Position numbers and translations under genes: made by a program | NCBI GenBank assembly: GCA_028534125.1 | Contig: CM052820.1 | Coordinates: 2,480,001 to 2,544,000 of the forward strand | Reading direction: 5' to 3' | Length of the DNA: 64,000 nucleotides | Source of the DNA: Lama glama | Lineage: Eukaryota | In this document: positions 1 to 12,052 of the stretch, piece by piece | Layout: each line of letters starts with the position of its first letter | Position numbering within the stretch: position 1 is the first letter of the stretch | Notes under the pieces: model-generated | Databases searched by the model: none | Told to the model about the DNA's origin: nothing | The model's input: the letters and a program-made list of their open reading frames with translations, nothing else

Positions 1-1194
1 TAAAAAATAAACACCTACACTGGGAAGTTCCCACAATTCTTTACTGATAGGGATGCGTGATCAAAAGATACGCTGAAGACCACGTACAAAACTGATGTTT
101 CTAGTTCTTTAAGTGTCCGTGACACAGCAGCGGTCAAGGATTTACAAACGTCTACCTGAACAAGAGCAGCACGTCAATTCTAGCTGCTCGGTGGCCAGCA
201 GAAAGGCAGGACGGAAATCCACACTTTATCTCCTTCCAGCAACTTTCACACAACGAAAAGAGCTGTGTTTCTTCAACAGCCATCAAGACAATGAGGCAAT
301 GAGGCACCTTCCAAACAGAAATTAAAGCCACGGCCCCCGGTCTTATTCCACCTCCTCTGTAAGGCGCTGGTACCCAACCCATGACAAGCGAGGCCTTATT
401 TGCCAGCTACAGCTTCAGGCTGCCTGCCGGACTCTGAAGGTTTATCCAAAAGCCAAGTATTATGACAAATATTAATCGGTGAATCTTTTCAGATATTTGC
501 CAACTGTATAAAATATCCCTACAATCTATTGGGTTCCCCAATTTTTATTCTTTCAGAAGCAAAAATATGACGTACAAAAGAACAGCACCTCTGACCAAGG
601 GGCAGACATACTCAGACTCCTGTTGGTGAGGGAAACCCTCCACACTGAGCACACTGACCACCTGGGGCTACCTGTCCCTCTCCCCTCCATCCAAGGCTTC
701 CTGTCCGTCTGCTGCCCGCAGCACCTCACACTCCCAAAATACTCAACGGTGCACAGGATGTGCAGTGTTGGCTTGTGAATACGGTCAACTAACTTACTTT
801 ACAGCTTCTGCTATTCTGAGCTTTTGACAATTCTGCAACAGAGTAAGTTAAAAAGCTGTATTTGGCACATATCTGAGGAAAACCAGAGTACTGTCAAAAT
901 GGTCACTTAATTTTGAGACTACCTTCCTCACATTCACAGTCTCGCTGGGAGCTTTGAGAAGCAAAAGAAATGTATTCTTAAGCCATTGGTGGTGAGCACT
1001 GAACACAGGTGCACGCCAGACAACACAGGTGGGTGATCACATCGTTTGGCAAGAAGTTCCCATGAAGTGACAGAACCAACGGCATGCTGGGTGATTGTTA
1101 ATTGATCAGTGGTGATTACTTCAATTCTAAGAATGCATGGAGGGTGAATCAATGCTGACTGGAAGGCGAAGGATCAAAGAAATCAAGTACTTAC

Positions 1195-1336
1195 CTAGCG
1201 TCCCATCCCCTGTCGCCTTGAGAGCATTTAACTCTTCCTTTGTCATCTTCGGAGAACCTTGGTAGCCAACATTATTTAGAGCATCCGAAGTCTCTCCATT
1301 GGTAGCTATTTCTGAATTTAGTATTATTCCATGTTT
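1195..1336 (-). CDS. LRRFIP1: LRRFIP1 142-nt exon ([47 protein letters not shown]+G)
   Basis: tttttgttcccag acceptor, G|gtaagt donor; near-identical to the recalled human segment that precedes the alternative C-terminal exons. Confidence 0.96.
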
Positions 1337-1615
1337 CTGGGAACAAAAACAGGCTCACCGTAATACTCACCGAGGGACAGTATGTTAAACTTCATTCTAT
1401 AAATAATAATTTTAAAAGAAAACCCTTTTTTCCCTGGGCAGGGGAAAACTACAGAGAGAGAAGTGCCAGGTACCAGCCCTGTAAATAGTCTATTAACACA
1501 CAGGCCGGGGACGTCTTCCTCCAGGGAAACTTCCTTCCTGCACGTGCCCATCTGTGTCTCACTGTGCTGGTGACAAGGCACTCGACGGGCATCCTTCTAA
1601 ACTGGAGGGAGTGGC

Positions 1616-2115
1616 NNNNNNNNNNNNNNNNNNNNNNNNNNNNNNNNNNNNNNNNNNNNNNNNNNNNNNNNNNNNNNNNNNNNNNNNNNNNNNNNNNNNN
1701 NNNNNNNNNNNNNNNNNNNNNNNNNNNNNNNNNNNNNNNNNNNNNNNNNNNNNNNNNNNNNNNNNNNNNNNNNNNNNNNNNNNNNNNNNNNNNNNNNNNN
1801 NNNNNNNNNNNNNNNNNNNNNNNNNNNNNNNNNNNNNNNNNNNNNNNNNNNNNNNNNNNNNNNNNNNNNNNNNNNNNNNNNNNNNNNNNNNNNNNNNNNN
1901 NNNNNNNNNNNNNNNNNNNNNNNNNNNNNNNNNNNNNNNNNNNNNNNNNNNNNNNNNNNNNNNNNNNNNNNNNNNNNNNNNNNNNNNNNNNNNNNNNNNN
2001 NNNNNNNNNNNNNNNNNNNNNNNNNNNNNNNNNNNNNNNNNNNNNNNNNNNNNNNNNNNNNNNNNNNNNNNNNNNNNNNNNNNNNNNNNNNNNNNNNNNN
2101 NNNNNNNNNNNNNNN
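1616..2115. other. Scaffold gap (exactly 500 N)
   Basis: Same round length as the gaps at 30587-31086 and 60123-60622; smaller gaps at 31116-31265, 44040-44169 and 53323-53455 lie inside repeats. Confidence 0.99.
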
Positions 2116-2287
2116 GTAGCTTATAATCAAAACTGAGCATATACAAAGGCATTCTTTAAAATTTACAGGAAATAGTCACTTTCAAAAAATCTGTGTGAAA
2201 CTTTACATTATGGTGACTCTTCCTTACAAAAACAAATGCTCAAAGTAGCACATTTTAATTTAATTCCAACCTTCTAATACCATGTCT

Positions 2288-2412
2288 GGGGGCAGGGTAC
2301 AACAGCTCAGTGGTGGAGCCCGTGTCCAGCAGGCACAAGGTCCCGGGGTCAATCCCTAGCACCTCCATTAAAGACAAAACCTAATTACTCCCTACTTCCC
2401 CCCAGAATAAAA
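2288..2412 (+). mobile_element. tRNA-Ala-derived SINE (vic-1 type), degenerate
   Basis: agctcagtggtggagc...ggggtcaatccctagcacctcc head followed by an aacctaattactccc tail. Confidence 0.8.
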
Positions 2413-5400
2413 TCCTCTGTGAAGTTACTGTTTTGGCTCACTTAAACACCACGCCTGGTGAGGTTTCAGATTTCAGGTTCCCCATGTCACCATCTGGCTG
2501 GCCCGCCTTCCTTGAGACAGAGCACAGTCTGAGGGCCCTGGGGAGACCCCAGCAAGGGGGCCAGAGACCAAAGAACCTCTCCTCGTGGTGCCCCAAGCCC
2601 CAGAGGGGAAATGGGACCACAGAAGCCATGTCACCGCGGGGCCCCTCTCGAGAAACCAACCGACACCAGTGACTGCTCAGAAAACACCTGTTTTAAGGGT
2701 AATTTTCCTCCCAGTATAAACAGTAGCAGAGTCTACCATCAGAGTGGAAATTCCTGGCTTTAAATCCAGTAATACTGACCTCATCCTGCATGCCTTGTCC
2801 TTGAACTCCTGTATTCATGATCCCAAACCTGTTTTGCCACCAGTCCCCGCCCCCGCCTCCTCCTGCCACATCAGACCAGAGTCCCTCCTGCCTTTTGTTT
2901 TTCCAGCTCAGATGGGGCTGAGGCTGCAGGTCCCCACCCAGGCTTCTCTGAAAACACACTGGCACGTGAACCTGGGCCCCACGCAGGACGCCCTGACCTC
3001 ACTGGACGCAGGCGGGTTCTGAGGCCTGGTGACACAGCTGTGTTGGCCTCTGCCGGCGACGCCTGCTCCTTGGACGTGCTCCAGGCCTGGATCAAACCTC
3101 GGATCCCCGCTTTCTGGACGCGCCCGCCCCTCCCTCGCAGCCGGTGCTGCTGAGTTTCATACGGTGCGCGTGCCCACTTGCTGAGGTCTGCCTCCCTCCC
3201 CAGCCTGTGTCTGCAAATCCCTGCAGCCTACAACATTCAAGGCGTTCGATAAACACTGGCTGAGTGAACGAACCACAACTCCCTCGAGAGGAAGATTCTG
3301 GACTTGTTGGAGAAGAAAACATGGCTCACCTATGGAATGTGAAAAATAAGCATGAGGTCACGCAGGGCATGTCCTCTGAGATGGGACAGGCACCCTCTGC
3401 TTCCCACGAGGCTGCAGGACCATGGGGTGCGGCCCACGTGGCGTCTTTGGAAGCTGAGGCACCTGCACTTTCTAAAAGTGGGACAAGCTATCACTTCCCT
3501 CCATATCAGGCTGCCTGCTTTTGCTCTTGGCACGAGCTCCCCTCCCCCGCCCCCTGGGGCACTGGCCTTCCTTCCACACCCAGAGCCTCCCAGGGCTGCC
3601 CCCCCAGGCCCCGGGGTCCTTTTTCCTTCCATGCCCTCGCTCACACTGCCCCCTGGAGCCACATTCCTGACGGGTCATCAGGCCAGGATGGTTCCCCGCA
3701 GGCCACAGTGGCCCGTGACAACCCTCCTAGCCCTGGGCAGCTCGCTCAAGAGAAGCAGGTCACCAATGCCCGGTCTTTTGATGGTTTTATTTCGCAAGCA
3801 CATCATTACTCATCTTTCCAGGTGAAGCTCAGGAAGTGTAGGTCCTGTAACTCCCTACTCCCTTCCTGCCCTGCATCCTTTGCAGAGGGTGGGCAGGGAG
3901 TGGGGCTGAGAGTGGGCCCCTCCCTGTGCGCAGCCTGTCCCTGCCGCTCCTCCCTCCTAGGCAGGGGGACCAGGGGAGCCTGAGCACAAGCATCCTGGCC
4001 GCCTTCCCATCAACAAGGCCAAACACACCCACTAACACTGTTGGTCTCGCAAACCTGAAACAAACACCTGCCCCCCTTCCAGTGGTGTAACTGCCTGGGA
4101 TTCTGAGCGTAGAAACCGGGCAGACTCTGTGGAAGAGGACGGCGAGTGCGGGGATCCCGAGCACAGGGCGAGCTCAGCTCTGTCCTGCAGACTCTGCAGA
4201 TGCCAGGGATGCTGCCTGTGTTCCAGCCTCCAGACGACCGAGAGCCACCGTGACCGCACCCCCGGGGACTGCCCTGGGTGGCACCGGGTGCCTCTGGATT
4301 CTAAGGGCCACACACAGAGGTGTCCTCAACTTCGAGGTCTCCAACCCACATGAAGCCTCTGGACGGGGTGGAGCACAGCCTGCCCCTCAGGCTGCGGGGC
4401 GTGGACCTTCGATTACTAAACGTGCCAACAGCTCAACTTGGTCAGTCGACCTTTGTAAACAAGCAGTTGACTCAGCGGATTACCTGTTTGTAACAAACTG
4501 AAAAACCAGCTCAACCAAGTCCCTGGTGGTCTTGCATACTCAGGGCTCTGAAGGGACCGAGACGGGCGGGGGGCGGGCGGACCTGGCCAGGCCCCCTCAG
4601 GTACCGAGAGACCACCAGCTTCTCGTCTTCCAGGCCCGGGCACACAGGGCCATTTGACGCTCGCCGCTCTGTTGGTGGTGGTCTGCTAAGCCCATTTTAC
4701 GTAAGTTTTCCACGGGTTTGGAAGGCGATGACAGAGGCATTCGTGTCTAGCCGCAGTCTCTCCAGTGAGGGACCAGGCTGAGCTGCTGTTCTGTGACTTC
4801 ATCACGATGCTTGAATAAATCCAAAGACGGCAGGCAGTCGGGGGCCCACAATCCCCTGCCTCGCTGGAGCCGGACCAGGCGGAGAAGCCGGGAGGAGTCA
4901 CACCTCCTCCTGTCGACTTGTCAGCACTTCCGTTGTTCCCAAAGTGAGCGCGAGAGAGGACCGGGCCCGCGGAAGCGCGGCTCTGCATCCCAGTCGCCCC
5001 GGAGCGTTTTATCCCTGTGGTTCTGAGGTGCCACACAGGTGATCTGTGTATTTGCTACTCTGCATGGAATATGCAATCACTAGCCGGAAGCAAAGGCAGG
5101 CAAGGCCGTCCCCAGGGCCCACTGGTCTCCAGGGCAGGAATTCCTCGGCTCCCAAACCCTGCTCTTCACTCATTTATGTAACACCCATAAGAGGCGACGC
5201 GCCAGATTTTAAACTCTGAACTTACATGACACGGCACAGCTGAGTATCCTGATGGGTCCTGGGGGAGCAGTAAACACCGGGGCTTTGCGGGGTGGCAGAC
5301 ACCCTGTTCTCACCCCCTCCACCTGTCTTCCGTTTTCTCAGCCTCGACATGTAAATGGTGGAGAGGAGCACGTCTCCACCGTCAGCAGAACACCAGGCCA

Positions 5401-6658
5401 GCCCAGGGATGAACGGCTCTGGCCTTGGCCTTGAAGTCAGGGAGAGCAGGGCAGGCGTGGGGGACTCTGAGGCCCCGGGCTCAGCGCTGCAGGGTCAACC
5501 CGCAGGGATCCCTCTGCTCGCTTCCCCGGGAGAAGCAGACAGACATCTGCTTGTGGTATGAAACCTCCCGGCTGGAAAAAGCTGGATCTAATTTAAAAAC
5601 ACAAACGAGTCCCCAGCACCCAATGGGGGCCCCTGTGCAAGGCGGAGCTCTAGCCCCACGGCCTCTGCTTTGATTGCCAGGAACACCTCCTAAGTTTCAG
5701 ACATGAGTGCATCCAACTGCAGTGTCGTGTAAGGGAGTTAAGCACAGTCAGGCTCCCGTACGCCGGAGGAGTGAGGAAAGACATCACCTTCCCTCGTCTT
5801 CCTGCTCTGCTGCCCAGGGTCCACCAGGAGGGGTCCTGGCCCTCGGCGTGCCCCGTCGTGCAGGGCTGGCACGCAGCCCCGGCCCCGCTCACGGAACGCC
5901 CCCTCCCCGTCACTGCGTCAGCCCCCCTCCCAAATGTCCCGGGGGCAAAGCTGCTGGCCAATCCCTTACTGTTAAAAAAACAATACAGCTGCCTTATACA
6001 AAGCATCAGATGAGGCGAAACTGTAAAGTTTCAAAGACGGGGTGGGGGGGGACCATGATACTGAGGCTTAAACGATGGGGACTCGCCAGCAAGAACCCTT
6101 TCTTTCTGAAGCAGAACCTGGGTCACATCGCGCTGAGTGACAGGAGCGCAGCGCTGCAGCTTCCCGGCACGGACTAGAGGCCGGGTGGGCAGGGGAGGGT
6201 GGGGCAGAGCGAGGGCTGTCCGGGCACGTCCAGGCTACGCCTGAGCCTAGAAACTGTCTGGGTCCAGGGACAGATAACGTTTCAAGCAAGTGTTAAAAAC
6301 AAATCGTTCAAACTTTTAAATCATTAAAAAAAAACCCACCCACATCGACGCACGGGGCTACAGTTCCCCTCTGCACACAGTTCCCTCCTGCCAGGAAGAC
6401 CCCCGTCTCTAAGGGCCATCAGCAACCTCTTAAAGGCTCCCTTAGAAATTTAGCAGTGCGACAGTAAATTTTCTAAATTCGGAAGCGTTTCCCCCCATCC
6501 TGTTTCTACTTTGACCTGCAATAAATCATGAAAAGTCTTCATCCTTCCTCCTGGGTTCAGGCATTCGGGGGTGGAGGGTTTACAAGAATAGCAGTAAAGA
6601 GTGGAAGGGAAGGGCAGAAAGGGAGCAGGGAGGCGGCAGGAGCAGGCGATGCACTCAC

Positions 6659-6736
6659 CACTGGGCTGGCTCGCGCCGAGCTGGCTCTGGAGGAGGAGCG
6701 GGAGCTGGACTTGAGGTGGCCGCTGGGCTCGGAGGG
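6659..6736 (-). CDS. LRRFIP1: LRRFIP1 78-nt cassette exon (PSEPSGHLKSSSRSSSRASSARASPV)
   Basis: ggccag acceptor, GTG|gtgagt donor; recalled human PSEYSGHLNSSSRASSRASSARASPV. Confidence 0.92.
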
Positions 6737-9700
6737 CTGGCCGGGCGCACAGCCGGCCGCGGGGCACGCAGACAGAAACAAAGGAACAGGTCAGCAGAGG
6801 TGCAAGGAGAATGGAGGCCATGCGACCGACGCCCCGGTTAGTGGTGAAGTCAGCCACGCGCACCCCGGAAAGGAAGGAGAGGTTAGCAGGACAGCGGACG
6901 GCCCCGGGAAGGAGGCTGCGTCTCTCACCGCTTCCAACACATGCTCACACAGAATAAACAACTTAATCAGAATATCAAAGGAACACAGAATTCTCGGTTA
7001 GTAGGAAGAAAGAGACACAAAGCATCCGTTCATCCGGGGTGCGGAGGGCACCTTGTTGACCGGCAGAAAGCTGGTCGAGGTGACGGTCACTGGTCTGGAG
7101 GACGCGCGCTGCCTCCCAGCACAGAAACGGAAGACGGGGGGACAGTTGCCTGGCTGTGGGGCCACGCAAAAGCCGGCTGCTCTGCCATCTTTCCCAGTGA
7201 AAGCAAAATAGGGTTTTGGGGTAATACGAAGGCAGGCCCGGCTCTCTGCAGTGCCACAGGACCTTCCGTCTGGCCGCCTGTGTGTGCTCGTCTGTCTACC
7301 CGTCTACCTAAACTTGCTCTCCTCCGGTAAAGGAAGACACCAGCAGCTCATTTACCCGGAAGTGACGCCCTCTTAACTTTGACTTGTATTCACATCTGTT
7401 CTAACCCTAAAAGCATTTTCAGTTGAACAGAAAAGAACATTACCTTCCTCTTGAATGAGGCAGGGAGGGGGCAGGGGAGGCAGAAACACCACTTCACATC
7501 ACAGGCACCAGCGGACTGAGGAGCTGGCCTGCGAGGCCCGCACTGGCTGTCCTCTCCCTGCCCCCAGGGCCCCCGGAGACCCACAGGCATTACCCCTCCT
7601 GCAAATTATAAGGAGTCACAAAAGTTCAGGGGCCTTTGCGACTCTTATCACAAATACCATCTCTCAGTTTGCCTGTTTTTCCACCAGAGTGGAATTCCCA
7701 AGGGCAGAGTCTGCGTCTGTTCTGTTCGCTGCGGAATCCCCAGGGACCAGACGAGCCTGGCACACAGAGGGCACTTGAGAAATACTTGCAGAACGAACCA
7801 TTTTAACTTCAGACTGTAAAGAGCCTTGGTCAAGATGAGCAAGTTTCCCAGACGCATCGGCCTGGACTCATTCCTCTATCAGATCAGTAGTTGCTGTATA
7901 TTTACGTGCAACACCCTGGTCAGGTGCGCAGAGGACAGGGCTATGCATCCACCACGTGTTAGAATCACTGCCCCGTGTGGCATGTACATGAAATCTACCA
8001 GCATTACCAGCCTCACCTTTTAGCTTCATTGTTTAAAATAAAGGAAAATGCCTGACGTGGGCCCTTTAAAGCAGAAGTATTTCAGCTCTGGGTTTGCTGA
8101 TACAAAAGAGAGGAGAATTTCCTCCTGTGGACAAATCCTACTGTATTCTATGTCACTGGCGTCTGGGTTTGTGGTGCAGAGGTGTGACAGATAGTCATCA
8201 ATAGGGTTTATTTCCAACCCAAGTCTCTCCAATTCCTGAGTCAGTAACTGCTCTCAGAGCATCCAATCTGACCCTGTCGTGCGGAAAAGAGTAAGTTCAA
8301 CGTCCGTATCACCGTGGTCCATACGGTGCCTTTGAAGTCGCCCATGCTTTGGAGTCAGTGAGGCTGATGGGGGGCTGACATAATTTAGAAAAATGAGTCC
8401 AGGGTCCATCTCTTATCGGTCATGACACCTTGGAAAAGTTACATAGCCTGTCACCTGCAGCATGAAGCGAGGACACTGACCACACGGGTGCTGAGGGTGA
8501 CGCAAGAGACTGCAGCTGGGCTCTCCCGCCCTGCCACTTTCGGCTGGAAACAGCCTCCACGGCTCGGGGACAGGCGGCATGTGGGGGCGGGGTGGGCAGG
8601 GCCTGACCGTGTCCCGGAGCGTGGTCAGAGCAATCAAGAAAGCTGCTCCACAGCCACGAGTCCTTCCCACAATGCGCACACAGCTTAGTTAACGGTCACA
8701 AAGGGATAAAAGGGAGGGTTTTCAAGCAAAATCTTTATACTTTAAAGAATTGGTCACAATCATTTACCTGTAATTGTAATCAGTCAAATTGTAAACACAG
8801 ACGGTGTCTGAGGCTAACTTCTTGGGAGAAGGGGACAAGTCTTGCAAAGTGGGTTCAGGACTGTCCTAGGCAGGCTTGGGTCATCCTGGACTCTGAGGTC
8901 AGCGCTAGGGGTCAGGACAGGAGGGACGCCCAGTGTACAACATCCTCACGTGGGGATGTGTGTCTGCCAGCCGCCCCAGCCCCCAGCCTGACGGAGAGCC
9001 TGGAGAAGCCGCGGTCCTGGGCACGGGGAACTCCATGTCCACTTGGAGGGTGACTGTGAGGCCGGGCAGTGGGGGAGACAGGAGAGGACCAGAGCTCGGT
9101 GAGCCGCCCCTCCCACTCAGCCTGACCTGCTTCCGGCGCAGAGCTGCTGGCTCAGCGACCCCTTCTGAGGGGTCTCGCCCCCGGGAGCAGTCTGTCCCTC
9201 TGAATCCTGCAAACTGCTGCTGCGCCCCTTCTGTGGGAGAGCAGCGTTAGGTGCAGCAAAATGGCTTTTTATTCTCTTATTTCTTCCGCACGGCTTGGTA
9301 CAAGGGACATGAGCTCTATTTCAGGCATTCTTGCCTGGACAAGACCTTTCACTTTAACTCCCCCGGTTCCTACGGGAGGCTGAAAGCAGGGAGTAACTGC
9401 TACACGAAGGAGCAATCAGCAGGGCCAGGAGCTGTGCCCTGACGACCAGGAGTCGCCTGCAGAGGCGATCTAAAGAGAACCTATGGGGTGCACATCCTGC
9501 CAGACATGAGAGGCTCTGCTTCGGTCACCAGAAAGCCACGCAGTGCTTGGGAAGTTTCACTCTCTTAACGAATTAGGGCGCTGCCTCTTACTGGTAGAAG
9601 GAAATCATTTAGTTGCATTTTATCCACCGTATAGGCCAGAGCTATTTCTCTATTAGGTAGGGTTTATGAACTTTTTAAGGGCCCACAAAAATACTTAGTA

Positions 9701-10020
9701 ACTGGGGAAAAGACTTAATATTGTTGGTGCCACTACATTAAAATTTGATGCAAAATAAAATTAGTGAAGTGCTTAATCAGATGCCAACAAAAACTCATGC
9801 TACATCAATTATTAGACTGAATATTTATAAAAATTACATTCTGAAGAAAACTGTAGATTACACTGGCTTACTTCATAAGAATTTCAGATTATTTGTGATG
9901 ATTGGAGAAATAACAAATCATAAAATTGGACTGTTTGGCCAATTAATTAAGTAGCCAATTATTTTCAAAGGCAAAGCTATAAAAGCACTTTCAGTGTTTC
10001 TTCTTTTTCAAAAAAATCTT

Positions 10021-10119
10021 TCTTTCCTTCTTTTTCTTTCTAATGGAGGTATTGGGAATTGAACCCAGGGCCTCAGGCCTGCTAAACACATGCCTTCCCG
10101 CTGAGCCACACCCTCCCCG
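10021..10119 (-). mobile_element. tRNA-Ala-derived SINE (vic-1 type)
   Basis: Reverse complement gives ggggagggtgtggctcagcggg...ctgggttcaattcccaatacctcc plus an A-rich tail. Confidence 0.82.
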
Positions 10120-10847
10120 CCCCAGGCATTTCCTGGGAAGCCACCACATCTCAGGGGGCGTGGATGCCTCTTAGGGTCTGTGGAGGAGCCTTGGGAGGCA
10201 GAGCGCCTGCCGCTGGGGGTGCTAACAGGCGCTGATGCTGTTTCAGCTGGTCCTCGGGACCGGCCAGCTTCCTCGCTTTCATGGGCTGATCTCATTTTCC
10301 CGTTTGTTTACCTTTATCCTTCATTCATTCACACATTTTGTTTCCTTCGACAAGTACTGCTCGCACACCACGCCACCTTCACTGTGAAGGCCTATCACTT
10401 CAAACCCTCTGAAGAGACGAAATGACAACAAAGTAAGAAAGGAAATTTGACATGTGTAATATTCTGAGTCCTTAAATTTGTCCGTCTTCTTCGACTACCC
10501 AGAGGTGAAAATAATCTGTGGCCCACTGAATTCCTTCTGCTCCTCCTATTATTTTAAGATCACCTCGCCAGACTGCAGGGAAAGGGCAGATGAAACTCAG
10601 CCAAGGTTAGTCTTCTCCCTTTGAACTCAACGTAAAGGGATGACCGAGGACATCCAACCAACCACCTAAGGCTTCGTGACTCAAGTTATCCACAAGCCTC
10701 ATCACGACAGAAAACTGAGATGAAAAACAGTGTTTCCCCCCGTGACTCTGGTTAGTTCTCTCCCCGGGCTGGAGCTGTGCTGAGCAAGCCACCCCAGCAT
10801 CATGCAGCAGACGGGAGAAAATTCGGGAAACAGAGAAAGTGCCTTAC

Positions 10848-10913
10848 AGTGCGGGAAACGCAGGCACTGCCCCGCCGAGCCCCTCCGAGACTGCTCTCAG
10901 GGAACACAGACGC
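10848..10913 (-). CDS. LRRFIP1: LRRFIP1 66-nt cassette exon (ASVFPESSLGGARRGSACVSRT)
   Basis: tctgttttcgtcacag acceptor, gtaagg donor; recalled human ASVLDEGSFGGTRRGSTSGSRA. Confidence 0.9.
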
Positions 10914-12007
10914 CTGTGACGAAAACAGACGGTCAGGACTGGCACCCCTCCTCTGTCCATCAGCACCCAGGACACACTGTAACTAAGGAAGAGCAACACC
11001 TGCCAGGAGCAAGCCCTGAAAAGCATCATGATGGGAGACGTGCAGGGAAAGCTCAAAACCACCTCCGCGTGCATGTGGAGCTGTGCAGCAGAAGAGGGGT
11101 GTGCACAGATCTAAGGGAGAGACGTTTTAGCTGCGGTCAACCGGCATGCAATGGAATCTCCAACAAATCCTTTAAGTCTATGACTCTGAAAAATATCCCT
11201 CGCTAAGGAAAAACTTGTTAATCTAGATTTAAAACAAGCAGATAGTTCAAATATTCTGAATTTTGTCATGGCGTCCTCATATGTGATGCTCAGAAAATGA
11301 CTCCAGTAGGAAGTGACTTTGGAATAAAACAGCATGTGGATTATAGGTCAATATTTTATAACTCTTTGAGAACTGCTAAATAAAAAACAGACTGTTTCAT
11401 TGACTTGAGAATCCTTTGCAAATTAATCACTGCAGGTAAACAGAAGTTTACAGTACCGTGAATGGTGATGTTAAACTCTGCCCAGCTTTAAGGGGCTTTC
11501 GTTTTCCCTGCTTGCCCTGGAGCTGGTTTGCTGGGCCAGTTATGTATCTAATTCGAACCTGGACAATCTGATGGAAATTCAGAAGGTAATTAACAATAGA
11601 ACAGAGCGACTTCGACTCCTTAAATTTCTCGCATGGCTTAAGTACCTTGTATATAAAACTAGAAGTTCCCAAAATAATATAATATAGTGGACTAATGTCT
11701 GTTAAGGCCATCAAAGCAATAAAAAGCTATCTTTCTTTTCGCCAGTAGATTAGGTAAGCGTTGCCAACACAAACACGTGTCTTCCTCAGCCATTACCAGC
11801 TGCGGGGAGAAATAAAACCCAGATCTAGCCAAAGGGGGCTGCGCGTGTAAGTTCCACTTAAAGGGGCGACACCCGCAGAGGGGCTGCAAGCCGGTCACGT
11901 ACACCGCAATCCGAGCAGGGGCGCGGCAGTGGCAGGGGTGCGCATGCGCGGTGGGGGTGGGGGTGGGGTCGGTGGGGGAGGGGGAGGGGTGTGGGAGGTA
12001 CACGCAC

Positions 12008-12052
12008 CCGGTAACTCCCAGCCGGCCCGGCTGCGCTGTACGGATACAAGGG
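12008..12052 (-). CDS. LRRFIP1: LRRFIP1 45-nt cassette exon (PLYPYSAAGPAGSYR)
   Basis: tttgctttcatcctccag acceptor, CGG|gtgcgt donor; recalled human PSCLYSAARPSGSYR. Confidence 0.88.

Noticed and set aside
1554-2152. ORFs running through N stretches (also at about 30.5-31.5, 44, 53.3 and 60 kb)
   Set aside because: Artefacts of assembly gaps
3264-3983. 239-aa plus-strand ORF
   Set aside because: GTG start, GC-rich low-complexity composition, antisense in an intron, no domain recognised
4484-4497. 14-nt microexon candidate (ttttcag|TTTGTTACAAACAG|gtaatc)
   Set aside because: Frameshifting, short pyrimidine tract, no homology
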